Source: Nibricoccus sp. (GTDB lineage Bacteria; Verrucomicrobiota; Verrucomicrobiia; Opitutales; Opitutaceae). From it: DNA of 64,000 nucleotides. The notes beneath the pieces are model-generated. The model had not been told where the DNA came from. It was given only the letters and a program-made list of their open reading frames with translations, and ran no database searches. This document shows positions 1-10,243 of the stretch, one piece after another. Positions within the stretch are counted from its first letter, which is position 1. The number at the start of each line of letters is the position of its first letter. The position numbers and the translations under genes were made by a program. Where the stretch lies: positions 800,001-864,000 of the forward strand of contig JASGHG010000001.1 in the NCBI GenBank assembly GCA_047602425.1. Direction: 5' to 3'.

Positions 1-268
1 TCTCGCACCCCGCCGTTTTCAACTTCTTGACGAGTATATCGAACCCATCACCACCTCCAATATCCGGATTTATATTGAGATAATCCGTGACGTCATAGCC
101 GTGCGTACTGCCAGGAGTCGCGGTGAAAACCGGAGACAAATAAAGATCCGATATTCCCAGTTCCGTGAAGTATGGAACCAGTGCGCCCAGGTCGTTGAAC
201 GTGAAACGTCCGTTGAGTTGCACGCGGTAGGTGCATTTGGGAACGTGACTGGTTTCCAAGCGTGGCAT
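1..268 (-). CDS. treY: Malto-oligosyltrehalose synthase, 5' part (runs off window)
   Basis: Manual translation from ATG 268 gives MPRLETSHVPKCTYRVQLNGRFTFNDL...LGISDLYLSPVFTATPGSTHGYDVTD, the typical TreY N-terminus; directly downstream of glgX; not in ORF track. Confidence 0.9.
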   Translation of the reverse strand, partial: MPRLETSHVPKCTYRVQLNGRFTFNDLGALVPYFTELGISDLYLSPVFTATPGSTHGYDVTDYLNINPDIGGGDGFDILVKKLKTAGCE

Positions 269-289
269 GGTTAAAATTCCGCCGCTGAC

Positions 290-2434
290 TCATGAAGCTT
301 GTTTCCTCGCGAGCAGGGCAAAAGATCGGCCGGTCATGCGCAGCATCTTCGTACCGCCCCAGCGCTTGCGCCCCCCCGTGTCGAAAACGAGGTTCCAGCG
401 GCCTAACAGGTGTTGTTTGGGAAGGTAAAATTCCACCTCTTCGTGATGCGCGTTGAGCAGAATAAGGAAGTCATCGTCCTTAACCGGACAGCCCGCGTCG
501 TCGCGGATCTCCGCGGCAAATCCCGGCAGCAACATGCCCAGCGTTCTCATCCACCCGCCGTTCTGCCAGTCCTCCTCTTTCATTTCCTCGCCATCCGCGC
601 GATACCATTGCACGTGACTATTGGCGATCAGGAGTCCGGCATCCTTCTCGCGAAAACTGCGACGCCGAAAATTCGGATGCTCGGACCGCAGCGCGCTCAC
701 GCGACAAGCAAAATCGAAAAAAGTCCGCGCCCGCTCGTCCCATTCCCAGTTCATCCAGGACAGTTCGTTGTCCTGGCAATAGGAGTTGTTGTTGCCTTTC
801 TGTGTGCGTCCGTATTCGTCGCCGCCACAGATCATCGGGATGCCCTGGGAAAGCAGGAGCGAGGACCACAAATTTCGTTTTTGTCTTTCCCTCAATTCAA
901 TGATTCCGGCGTCGTCGGTTTCGCCTTCGTGGCCGCAATTCCATGAATTGTTATCGTCGGTCCCGTCCCGATTTTCGTCGAGATTGGCTTCGTTGTGTTT
1001 CTGGTCGTAACTCACGAGGTCGTGCAATGTGAAGCCGTCATGCGCGGTAATAAAGTTGATGCTCGCCGATGGCAGCCGTCCGCTCGGTTCGTAGAGGTCG
1101 GAGCTGCCGCCGAGCCGCGTGGCGATTTCCGAGTGCATGCCCATGTCGCCCTTCCAAAAGCGGCGCACGGTGTCGCGGTACTTTCCGTTCCACTCCGCCC
1201 AGCCCACGGGAAAATTTCCAACTTGATAGCCGCCTTCGCCGAGGTCCCATGGTTCGGCGATCAGTTTCACCGTGGCGAGCGTGGGATCCTGATACAGGGT
1301 GTCGAAGAAAGCGCCGAGCTTGTTGACGTCCTTCAATTCGCGCGCCAAAGCGGCCGCCAGATCGAAACGAAAACCGTCCACATGCATATGGGTCACCCAG
1401 TAGCGAAGACTGTCCATTAGCATCCGCAGCGAATGGGGGCTCGTCATATTCAACGTATTCCCGCAACCCGTGTAATCCATATAGTAGCGGGGATCCTCGG
1501 GCACCGTGCGATAGTAATCGAGATTGTCGATACCGCGAAAAGACAATGTCGGCCCCGCGTGGTTTCCCTCTGCGGTATGGTTATAAACGACATCGAGGAT
1601 CACTTCGAAGCCGGCATTGTGAAATCGCTTAACCATTTCCTTGAACTCACGCACAACACCGGCGGGATCCTTTTGTGCGGCGTAACAAGGTTCCGGCGAA
1701 AAAAATCCAAGCGTGTTATAGCCCCAGTAGTTTCTCAGCCCTTTCTCCACCAGGTGCCGGTCTTGGACAAAATAGTGGACGGGCATCAGCTCCACGGTCG
1801 TCACGTTGAGCTTCCGCAGGTGCTCTAATATCGGATCCGAAGCCATCGCGGCGTAGGTGCCCCGCAATGCTTCCGGAATCGCGGGGTGGCGCACCGTCAT
1901 GCCTTTGACATGCGCCTCGTAAATGACGGTGTTGTGCCAGGCGATTGCGGGGCGTTGTTCGTCGCTCCAATCGAAGCTTTCGTCAATCACCACGCCCAGC
2001 GGGGCGAACGGCGCGCTGTCGCGATCGTCGAAGGAAAGATCGCCGTCGCCGTGTCCGATTTTGTATCCAAAAAGTTCATCGCTCCAACGAAGTTCGCGGC
2101 CGATCGCCTTGGCATATGGATCGAGCAACAGCTTGTTGTGATTAAAACGGAGACCGTCTTTCGGCGAATAGGGTCCATAGACGCGGTAACCGTACAATTG
2201 CCCAGGTCCAAGACCCGGCAGATAGATATGCCAGACGCCATTGGTTCGCTCGCGAAGCCGGATGCGGCGGGACTCCCGGATCTGCTCCCGGGAATCGAAC
2301 AAGCAAAGTTCGACGGCGTCCGACGAAGCGGAATACAGGGCGAAATTCACACCTTCGCCATCCCAGACCGCTCCTTGCGGGAAAGGTTTTCCCGGACGTT
2401 CTGTGGCGCTATGCGGATGCTGTCGTTTTTCCAT
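290..2434 (-). CDS. glgX: Glycogen debranching enzyme (GH13, GlgX/TreX)
   Basis: NYWGYNT, DVVYNH, GFRFDLA, LIAEPWD and FITAHDGFTL motifs; start placed at ATG 2434 (ORF open to 2533). Confidence 0.95.
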   Translation of the reverse strand: MEKRQHPHSATERPGKPFPQGAVWDGEGVNFALYSASSDAVELCLFDSREQIRESRRIRLRERTNGVWHIYLPGLGPGQLYGYRVYGPYSPKDGLRFNHNKLLLDPYAKAIGRELRWSDELFGYKIGHGDGDLSFDDRDSAPFAPLGVVIDESFDWSDEQRPAIAWHNTVIYEAHVKGMTVRHPAIPEALRGTYAAMASDPILEHLRKLNVTTVELMPVHYFVQDRHLVEKGLRNYWGYNTLGFFSPEPCYAAQKDPAGVVREFKEMVKRFHNAGFEVILDVVYNHTAEGNHAGPTLSFRGIDNLDYYRTVPEDPRYYMDYTGCGNTLNMTSPHSLRMLMDSLRYWVTHMHVDGFRFDLAAALARELKDVNKLGAFFDTLYQDPTLATVKLIAEPWDLGEGGYQVGNFPVGWAEWNGKYRDTVRRFWKGDMGMHSEIATRLGGSSDLYEPSGRLPSASINFITAHDGFTLHDLVSYDQKHNEANLDENRDGTDDNNSWNCGHEGETDDAGIIELRERQKRNLWSSLLLSQGIPMICGGDEYGRTQKGNNNSYCQDNELSWMNWEWDERARTFFDFACRVSALRSEHPNFRRRSFREKDAGLLIANSHVQWYRADGEEMKEEDWQNGGWMRTLGMLLPGFAAEIRDDAGCPVKDDDFLILLNAHHEEVEFYLPKQHLLGRWNLVFDTGGRKRWGGTKMLRMTGRSFALLARKQAS

Positions 2435-2770
2435 GGGCTTTCCCTTCGTAATTTCCGGGACGCCCTGTTTCACCGCATGAAATGGATTGCGAGGCGAAGC
2501 CAGCTGCGGAGCTAGTGTTTTGGATGTATTCAAATGTTTTCAAAATAAAAATGTGAGGGGCGGATTGAATGAACAATCGCGCCCGATTTTCACACACCAA
2601 GATCGAGGAAGTGGCGGAACAGTCCGCAGAAGAATATAAAATATATCTATATAAGCTTGCGAAAACACTGGCTGTTCGCGCTGCGGGGCTCGCTCTCAAA
2701 CGGCGCGAGCTCCGACGCGGACGAAAAACAGTGCTGGACAAGCGTCTCCTGCCTTCCCGCCAAAAATTGG

Positions 2771-3100
2771 TCAGGACTTGACGGTGATATTGTTGATCAC
2801 CTTCTGCACACCGGCCACGCCCTTTGCGACAACCTCCGCCTGCTTCTTTTGCTCCTTGGTGTCTACGAAGCCGCTGAGCGAAACCGTACCTTTGAAGGTC
2901 TCGACTTTCACGTCGATGGCGCTGACCGTGCTATCGTTGGCGAGAGCGCCTTTTACTTTCGCGGTGGTCGCTGCGTCATCCACATACTCGCCGGTGCTTT
3001 CGCGAGTGGAGGTTCCCGCGCAGCCGCCGTACTGAAACGCCGCGAAAAATGCGGCGACGATGATAATCCAGAGAGATGAACGATTATATTTTGTGGTCAT
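2771..3100 (-). CDS. BON-domain (OsmY-like) lipoprotein
   Basis: Signal peptide plus Cys, then STGEYVDDAATTAKVKGAL...IDVKVETFKGTVSLSGFV. Confidence 0.9.
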   Translation of the reverse strand: MTTKYNRSSLWIIIVAAFFAAFQYGGCAGTSTRESTGEYVDDAATTAKVKGALANDSTVSAIDVKVETFKGTVSLSGFVDTKEQKKQAEVVAKGVAGVQKVINNITVKS

Positions 3101-3650
3101 AGTATTTATATTACGCCAAAAATATAGCCCTTCCCTCGCCCGTCCCCAATCGAGACCGCTTAGGTAAAATTTCCCGGGGAACCTCCCCCGGGGCCACCGG
3201 AAATTTCCCTATGCTCAATTGCATCGGACTGACCGCGTTTGTCTTGTCGAAGGCTCATGCGGGCCGCTTGCAATTATGCAAACTATGATCTCCTTACGCA
3301 GTTCACTCACAGCGAATTGAGCAGGCGCTGCGCCCACCACTCTTGGCAGGGATTTCCGCGCGCCCCCGCCCCTATTCGGACCATGCCTATTTACGAAATC
3401 AGCCCGCTTCGCGCTTTTTATTTCACCCTCCCTCTGATCATTCTAAGGAGGGCGTTCCACGCCCTTCTTGAAGGGCCTCTGGGTTTGCAGGTCGGAGCGA
3501 CGAGGAGGAGAAATGGGGCTGCAGCGCTGGGGTTGCAAAGCACACCAAGCATATCAGCGGTGGACAAAAACCTAGTCGGAAAGCCGTTCTGAAAAGCCCC
3601 GGGCTTTATGCTAATAATGACTGGAATGCTTTGAATAATGATTTAGTAAT

Positions 3651-4316
3651 ATGGTGTATAGAGTGACAATATATAGAATTGTGGCCCAACTTAGCTGGGT
3701 CCGCAGAATCATAGTCGGTTTATTCGTCGTGATTATTTGGGATATATCAAATTCCAATGCTTATGCTGCATATCCCTCGGAATATGAATTGAAGGCGATT
3801 TTTGTCCTCAACTTCGCTCGGTTCAATACCTGGCCTCAAAGCGTCCTCCCCTCCGATAATACTCCGCTAATCGTCGGCGTGCTCGGTGCCGATCCCTTCG
3901 GCGACGCGCTGACTTCCGCCTTCCAAGGTGAACAAGTGGCGGGTCACACGTTGGAAATTCGCCACTTCACGCGGCGCGACAATTATAAAAATTGTCATTT
4001 GTTGTTCATCTCCCGTTCGGAGGCTGCGCACTTGTCGCAGATTTTTTCCGCGTTGAGCGGAAGCCATGTGCTCACCGTGAGCGACATTGATCAATTCGTC
4101 TATAAGGACGGCATGATCGGCATGTTGATGGAACAGAATCGCGTCAAAGTTGAGGTTAACTATGAACAAACCCGCCGCGAGGGACTTGAGCTCAGCGCAA
4201 AACTGCTGAAAGTATCATTCGTCTTGCGCAAGGGGCTGCATTCCATGATTTCGACATTCACTCAGGCTTTTTGGCGCGGTGAACGGCTTCCCACCGTTGC
4301 ATGCACGATCAAATAG
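3651..4316 (+). CDS. YfiR/DUF4154-family periplasmic protein
   Basis: SEYELKAIFVLNFARFNTWP...CHLLFIS...LTVSD...GMIG...LSAKLLKVS pattern; start uncertain. Confidence 0.85.
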   Translation: MVYRVTIYRIVAQLSWVRRIIVGLFVVIIWDISNSNAYAAYPSEYELKAIFVLNFARFNTWPQSVLPSDNTPLIVGVLGADPFGDALTSAFQGEQVAGHTLEIRHFTRRDNYKNCHLLFISRSEAAHLSQIFSALSGSHVLTVSDIDQFVYKDGMIGMLMEQNRVKVEVNYEQTRREGLELSAKLLKVSFVLRKGLHSMISTFTQAFWRGERLPTVACTIK

Positions 4317-4341
4317 AATTTCCGCCGTTTCATTCGCTCCC

Positions 4342-7300
4342 ATGCCGACCACCTGGCTCCGCAATCTACCTGTCCAGAAAAAGCTGGGCTTTGCCATGCT
4401 CGTCACGAGCTTGGTGGCGCTTCTGGTGGCATGCGCCGTGTTTGTCGGGCTGGAACACGTCGATTACAAAAGAAATCTGACGGAGACGGTAAACACGTTG
4501 GGGCGCATCACCGCCGAAAATTGCACCGCGGCCCTCGCCTTTTCCGACCAACGCACGGCGGAGCAGACTTTGGAAACGCTCCTGGCCGAGCCACAAATCG
4601 TCGGCGCCATCCTGTACGACACCAATGGCAACGTGTTTGCTCGCTTCTCGCCTAAACCAGATCAACTGCTACAAAAAGTTTCCAACGCGGCAGGGGTGCG
4701 TGTTGAAGATGGCTACGTGATTGGTGTGCAGCCGGTGATGGAGGGCTCGCGCCTGCTGGGGACGCTTTATTTGCAGGCGAGCATGGATACGTTGTACCAG
4801 CGCTTCCGCCGTTCGGCCATGATCGCCGCCGGGATCCTTACGCTATCGATCGCCCTGGCCTGGCAAATCGCGTCGATTCTCCGTTTAACGCTCGCACAAC
4901 CGATTCTCGAACTCGTGCAAACGGCCGATGCCGTTTCTGTCTATCAGGACTTCGGCCGGAGAGCCCGCCAGTTTGGCAATGACGAACTGGGCCGGCTCAC
5001 TGTCGCGTTTAACGCCATGCTCGAACGCACGCAAAACGCCGTCCGGGCCTTGCGCGAAAGCGAATGGACTCACCGCGAACTGGTGCGCGCGCTTCCGATC
5101 GCCGCCTACATGTGCGATGTCCGGGGGAAAATAACGCTCTACAATGACGCGGCCCTCAACCTTTGGGGGCGCGCCCCCGAAGTCGGCATCGAATCCATCG
5201 ACCAGGTCATGAAGATATCGAGAGTCGACGGCTCACCGTTGCCGAACAAGGCAACTACCGTTGCCGATCCAGCTCACCCCGGCAACCTGCCCGAGGGCGA
5301 GGAGATTTTGATTGAACGTCCCGATGGCACACGGCGCAGTGTCATGCCATATCCCCGCGTGATGCGGAATACCAATGGCCAAGTCGTAGGCCACGTGACC
5401 ATGCTGCTCGACATCACCGACCAGAAAAAAGCCGATGCGGATGCGCGGCGACTGGCCGCCATCGTCGCATCGTCCGACGATGCCATCATCGGAAAAGACC
5501 TTAACGGAATCATCACGTCCTGGAACCACGGTGCGCAGGTCCTCTTCGGTTACACCGCCGAAGAAATGGTGGGCCAGTCGATCATGACCTTGATTCCCCA
5601 AGGCAAAGAGCCGGAAGAGCAAAACATCCTCGGACGGCTCAAACACAACGAGTTTACAAAATACGAAGAAACCGTGCGCCGGCGAAAAGACGGTTCCCTG
5701 ATCCACGTGTCGATCACTGTCTCGCCCGTACACGATCGCCAGGGACGCATCGTCGGCGGCTCAAAAATCGCTCACGACATCACGGCAAGAAAACACGCGG
5801 AACGTCAGGCCAATTTCGTCTACGAACTCAGCCATCGCCTCAGCACAGTCACCGATCCCGATGAAACGATTCGGGTCATTTCGCGCGAAGTCGGCCTGCA
5901 CATGGGAGTCGATCGCTGTTTCTTTTGCCTGCTCGACCCGACCGGGACACAAAGCGTGGTCAAAGAGGATTGGGCGCGGGAGGGGTTTCGCTCCATCACG
6001 GGAATCCATCGCTCCGTCGACTTCGGCACACCCGAACTTTGGCGCCAGCTCTCCACCGGACCTCACGCGGTCAACGACACGGCCGAAAACCCGATTATCC
6101 TTAACCACGGGCCAGGTTACGGAGCGCTCAAAATTGCGTCGCATCTCAGCGTGCCTTTTATCCGCAACGATAAATGGATCGCCACGCTGGCGGTCGCTTG
6201 CGGCAAGCCTCGGATATGGAAACGGGAGGAAACTGAGTTTTTGGAAAACGTCCTCGCCCGCGTCTGGCCCATGGTCGAACGCGCCATCAGCCAGCGCGAG
6301 TTGCAGGAAAGCGAGCGCCGCCAACGCGAGCTCATGCAGGCCCTGCCCGTGCCCTGCTACACCATGGACCGCCAGGGAAGACTCTCGTTCTTCAACGATG
6401 CCGCGGAACAACTTTGGGAAAAGAAGCCGTCTTTGGGCGATAGCGATTGGTTTACCTTGCTGTCTTCCCACGAAACCCCGCTTTCCTTCGAAGATTCTCC
6501 CGCGGGGATTGCTATGATAGAAAGACACCCGGTTCGCGGCGTGGAGGGCGTCGTGCTTCGGCCGGACGGATCGAAACGTTGGGTGATCCTGCATTCGGAC
6601 CCGATTTTTGAACAGCCGGGCGAATGCTCGGGCGTGGTCAACGTCGTCCTGGATGTCACGGCGGAACGCACAGCTCAGCTCAAGGTTAGAAAGACCGCCG
6701 AGCATTTGAGCCTCGCGATCGCGTCGGCCAAGTTGGGCGATTGGAGCTGGGACCCGGTTTCGGATCGTTTGACGCTTTCCAAGCGCACCGCGGAAATTTT
6801 CGGCGTGCCCCACGCCACCGACCTCAAGCGCGCTCAGATGAAGCACTTGATTCACAAAGATGACCAGCCACGTTCGGAAGCGGCGATGGCGCGAGCGCTG
6901 AAAAATCACAGCGACTACGACATCGAATACCGGATCACGTGGTCCGACGATACGGTCCATTGGGTCGCAGCGAAAGGCCGTCCGATTTTTGGAAAAGATG
7001 GCGAAGTGCAGGCCATGGTCGGCGTCGTTCAGGATATCACCGAACGAAAGGAACAGGCCCAAAAATTGAGCGATCTTGCGAATGAAATCGAGGAGCAGGC
7101 ACGTCTGTTCGATGCCATTCTTTCGAATCTCACGGATCACGCCTATGCGTTCGGCCCCGATGGACGCTACATTTTCGCCAACCGGCCGTTGCTCGAAGCC
7201 CTTCACAGCCGGATGGAAGAGGTGGTCGGCAAAAATGCGCTGGAACTCGGCTTCCCCGTCGAACTAGCCCAACAGATACAAAACCAAATCCGAACGGTCA

Positions 7301-8703
7301 TAGAAAAAAGACAAGCCGTCCGAGGGGAAACGGTCATCACCGCGGCCAACGGCAAGGTTGACGACTATGAGTATATCTACAATCCGGTCCTCTCCGACGA
7401 TGGCGAAGTCACCGCCGTAGTCGGCTCCTCCCGATTGATCACCGGACGCAAACAGGCGGAGAACGAACTCAAGCGCGCCCGCGACGAGGCATTGGCGGCG
7501 TCCCGCGCGAAGGACGATTTTCTCGCGGCGCTCTCGCACGAACTGAGAACGCCGCTCAATCCCGTTCTCTTGCTGGCCAGCGACGCGGCAACGAATCCCG
7601 AAATCCCCGCCGCCGTGCGCAGGGACTTCGAATTCATTCGCAAAAATGTCGATCTCGAAGCCCGACTGATCGACGATCTCTTGGACATCACCCGCATCAC
7701 GCGCGGCAAGCTGCCGATCGACCAACGCAATTGCAGACTTCACGGCATCCTGAAGGATGCGTTGGCCAACGTTCAGGCCGACATGCGCGAAAAAAAGATC
7801 GAGCTCCGGGCGGATTTCAAAGCGTCTAAATCCACCGTCTGGGGAGACGCCGTCCGCCTCCAGCAAATCTTTTGGAACATCCTCAAGAACGCCGTCAAAT
7901 TTACGCCTCCGGAGGGCACCATCTTGTTAACCACCGAAAATGTGGATTCGAAGGTCGTCGTCACCATCACGGACACGGGAATCGGAATGACACCCGATGA
8001 GATCGCGAGGATCTTCAGAGCCTTCTCGCAAGGTGAACACGCTGCACCCGGCACAGGCAGCCACCGCTTCGGCGGGCTCGGTTTGGGTCTCGCGATTTCG
8101 AAAATGCTCGCCGAATTGCACCACGGGAAAATCGAAGCTTACAGCGAAGGGCGCGGCACCGGCTCCCGTTTCGTTGTCGAGCTTCCCCTTCATGAAATCG
8201 CCGGCGATGAGCAGCACTCGCCTACTCTGTCACGTCGTGTGCAAACGATCTCGCCGTTTCCCGGCGCGGCCGAAGCCCGCAAGACCGCTTGCGCAGGCCG
8301 GAAAATTCTTCTCGTGGAGGACCACGCCCCAACCAGGCAAACCCTGCAACATCTTTTGAAAAGCCGCCATTTTGAAGTGGTGGCTGCGAAGACTGCCGGC
8401 GAAGGACTGAAATTCGCGCGGGAATCCGAGTTCAGCCTGATTATCTCGGACGTCGGCCTGCCGGATAAGTCCGGCTTTGAATTGATGAAGGAAATCCAAA
8501 GCTTCAAGCCGGCTTTGCCTGGCATCGCCCTGAGCGGCTACGGCATGGAAGACGATCTCGCGCGCTCGCAGGAGGCGGGATTTTCCGTGCACCTGGTAAA
8601 ACCGATTGCCATCGGCATATTGGAGGAGGCGATCAACAACCTTTTGCCACCGACACCGCCGGCTCTTTCGCTCAATGAGCGCGGCGGCAGCCAGCCCGGC
8701 TAA
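4342..8703 (+). CDS. Hybrid sensor histidine kinase (periplasmic sensor, HAMP, multiple PAS, GAF, HisKA, HATPase, REC)
   Basis: Two TM segments, HAMP (DELGRL), PAS/PAC repeats, H-box SHELRTPL, N/G boxes (NAVKFT, DTGIG, GLGLGL), receiver ILLVED...SDVGLP...KP. Confidence 0.93.
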   Translation: MPTTWLRNLPVQKKLGFAMLVTSLVALLVACAVFVGLEHVDYKRNLTETVNTLGRITAENCTAALAFSDQRTAEQTLETLLAEPQIVGAILYDTNGNVFARFSPKPDQLLQKVSNAAGVRVEDGYVIGVQPVMEGSRLLGTLYLQASMDTLYQRFRRSAMIAAGILTLSIALAWQIASILRLTLAQPILELVQTADAVSVYQDFGRRARQFGNDELGRLTVAFNAMLERTQNAVRALRESEWTHRELVRALPIAAYMCDVRGKITLYNDAALNLWGRAPEVGIESIDQVMKISRVDGSPLPNKATTVADPAHPGNLPEGEEILIERPDGTRRSVMPYPRVMRNTNGQVVGHVTMLLDITDQKKADADARRLAAIVASSDDAIIGKDLNGIITSWNHGAQVLFGYTAEEMVGQSIMTLIPQGKEPEEQNILGRLKHNEFTKYEETVRRRKDGSLIHVSITVSPVHDRQGRIVGGSKIAHDITARKHAERQANFVYELSHRLSTVTDPDETIRVISREVGLHMGVDRCFFCLLDPTGTQSVVKEDWAREGFRSITGIHRSVDFGTPELWRQLSTGPHAVNDTAENPIILNHGPGYGALKIASHLSVPFIRNDKWIATLAVACGKPRIWKREETEFLENVLARVWPMVERAISQRELQESERRQRELMQALPVPCYTMDRQGRLSFFNDAAEQLWEKKPSLGDSDWFTLLSSHETPLSFEDSPAGIAMIERHPVRGVEGVVLRPDGSKRWVILHSDPIFEQPGECSGVVNVVLDVTAERTAQLKVRKTAEHLSLAIASAKLGDWSWDPVSDRLTLSKRTAEIFGVPHATDLKRAQMKHLIHKDDQPRSEAAMARALKNHSDYDIEYRITWSDDTVHWVAAKGRPIFGKDGEVQAMVGVVQDITERKEQAQKLSDLANEIEEQARLFDAILSNLTDHAYAFGPDGRYIFANRPLLEALHSRMEEVVGKNALELGFPVELAQQIQNQIRTVIEKRQAVRGETVITAANGKVDDYEYIYNPVLSDDGEVTAVVGSSRLITGRKQAENELKRARDEALAASRAKDDFLAALSHELRTPLNPVLLLASDAATNPEIPAAVRRDFEFIRKNVDLEARLIDDLLDITRITRGKLPIDQRNCRLHGILKDALANVQADMREKKIELRADFKASKSTVWGDAVRLQQIFWNILKNAVKFTPPEGTILLTTENVDSKVVVTITDTGIGMTPDEIARIFRAFSQGEHAAPGTGSHRFGGLGLGLAISKMLAELHHGKIEAYSEGRGTGSRFVVELPLHEIAGDEQHSPTLSRRVQTISPFPGAAEARKTACAGRKILLVEDHAPTRQTLQHLLKSRHFEVVAAKTAGEGLKFARESEFSLIISDVGLPDKSGFELMKEIQSFKPALPGIALSGYGMEDDLARSQEAGFSVHLVKPIAIGILEEAINNLLPPTPPALSLNERGGSQPG

Positions 8704-9221
8704 TTTGCACCGAGGCGGGCAACCTCCACGTTGATTTTCGAGGCAAGGGCCGTCAGAGAACGATCCATCCTGAATTTGTCCATCAAGGTCTGTTGGAGCA
8801 GTTCCGCGATTTCCTCGTTGCCGAGCAGTTCCGCGAAGGTGCGCAACGTGCCGTAGCCGGCGATCCCGTAGTGTTCCATTTTTTGCGCGCCGCCAATCAG
8901 CGCGGCATCGCGAATCGCCGCCAGTGCGTTCTCCTGCATTCGGACGAGTTCGCTGGAGACCAGCCCTTCCATCCCCTGGCTTTTTCGACCCGATGAAGGT
9001 GCGTCAAGCAGGATGAAAGCATGTTCCAGCCTGGCGAGATGGATTTTAGTCCTTTCCGTATGTTCTTGGAAGGTCAGGCGCAGGTTTTCGTTCTGCGCAG
9101 CCTCGGCCATTTTCGGCAAAATGTCGACGAGCTGCCGTTCCGCATCGTAGAGATCGCTGAGTTCGTCAATCAGCAGCTCACGCAGCGTCAGAACCTTGTT
9201 GAAATCCGGTGTTTGATCCAT
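8700..9221 (-). CDS. YciE/YciF (DUF892) ferritin-like protein
   Basis: ELSDLYDAERQL...LP.MAEAA...DAALIGGAQKMEHY.IAGYGTL. Confidence 0.9.
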   Translation of the reverse strand: MDQTPDFNKVLTLRELLIDELSDLYDAERQLVDILPKMAEAAQNENLRLTFQEHTERTKIHLARLEHAFILLDAPSSGRKSQGMEGLVSSELVRMQENALAAIRDAALIGGAQKMEHYGIAGYGTLRTFAELLGNEEIAELLQQTLMDKFRMDRSLTALASKINVEVARLGAN

Positions 9222-9236
9222 GGCGGCGGAGTGCGG

Positions 9237-9806
9237 TCAAGAAGCCAGTTTCTGTCGGGTGTGGATTCCCTCCGCAAATTCCTCGACCATCTTTGCGTTG
9301 AATTCGGGTAAATCGTCCGGCGTTCGCGAGGTCACCAATCCATGGTCGTTGACCACCGCTTGATCCAGCCACTCCGCGCCCGCATTGATCAAATCCGTTT
9401 TGATCGCGCGCGTGGAGGTCAGGACCCGTCCCCTCACGACATCGGCCTCGATCAACAGCTGGGGGCCATGGCAAATCGCCGCGACCGGTTTTCCCGCGTC
9501 GAAAAACGCCCGGACAAATTCCGGCGCGGCCGGGATGGTGCGCAAGGTGTCGGGGTTGATCACGCCGCCCGGCAAAAGCAAGGCGTCGTAATTATCCGGG
9601 TTTGCCTCATTCAAAGGTGTATCGACCTTGTACATCTGCCCGTAGTTTTTGTGATGCCAGGATTTCACCGTCTCATGATTAGGCGACACGACTGCGACGG
9701 TGGCGCCTGCCTCGACCAGGGCGCTGTAGGGCTGTTCCAATTCGGACTGTTCGAAGCCGTCCGCGATCAGGACCGCAACGGATTTTCCCTCTAGACGTGT
9801 GTTCAT
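9237..9806 (-). CDS. PfpI/YhbO (DJ-1) family glutamine-amidotransferase-like protein
   Basis: DGFEQSEL, YDALLLPGG, AICHGP, LVTSRTPDDL; AAGGAG RBS before ATG 9806. Confidence 0.93.
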   Translation of the reverse strand: MNTRLEGKSVAVLIADGFEQSELEQPYSALVEAGATVAVVSPNHETVKSWHHKNYGQMYKVDTPLNEANPDNYDALLLPGGVINPDTLRTIPAAPEFVRAFFDAGKPVAAICHGPQLLIEADVVRGRVLTSTRAIKTDLINAGAEWLDQAVVNDHGLVTSRTPDDLPEFNAKMVEEFAEGIHTRQKLAS

Positions 9807-9834
9807 GATTTTCTCCTTGTTGATGGTGATAGCA

Positions 9835-10176
9835 TCAAGCGGCCCGACCATAACGGCGTTCCCGAGTCCGCGCGGCCTTCTTGGCTCCCGCCGAACGGCT
9901 CGCCGAAACTTTTTTCCTTCCGCTGCCAATCGCGGAATCGCTGGCCGCTTTCTTTTTGATTCCCGGCTTTGATCGCGAGGGCGCTCCCAGTTTCACGCCG
10001 GCACGGCGGGCTTCGGATAAACCGACTGCGATGGCTTGCTTTCGCGAGCGGACGTTGCCGCTCCCCTTTTTCATCTTGTGCATTTCCTCACGGATGAACT
10101 CTCCAGCCTGCGTCGTGGGCTTTTTCCCCTGTCGTGCGGCCTTCCTGGCTTTATTTTTGGTGGTTTCTGTTGGCAT
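9835..10176 (-). CDS. Small basic Lys/Arg-rich protein (DUF6496-like)
   Basis: TTQAGEFIREEMHK...SRKQAIAVGLSEARRAGVKL motif with basic tail. Confidence 0.75.
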   Translation of the reverse strand: MPTETTKNKARKAARQGKKPTTQAGEFIREEMHKMKKGSGNVRSRKQAIAVGLSEARRAGVKLGAPSRSKPGIKKKAASDSAIGSGRKKVSASRSAGAKKAARTRERRYGRAA

Positions 10177-10243
10177 TGCCCAACATAGCCCCGGCCGGCA
10201 AGTTGCTCCATCCGGAAAACACCGGGTGCCCGGACCCAACGAA

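Noticed and set aside
3239..3592. 117-aa ORF in the BON-YfiR gap
   Set aside because: No recognisable motif; region reads as regulatory
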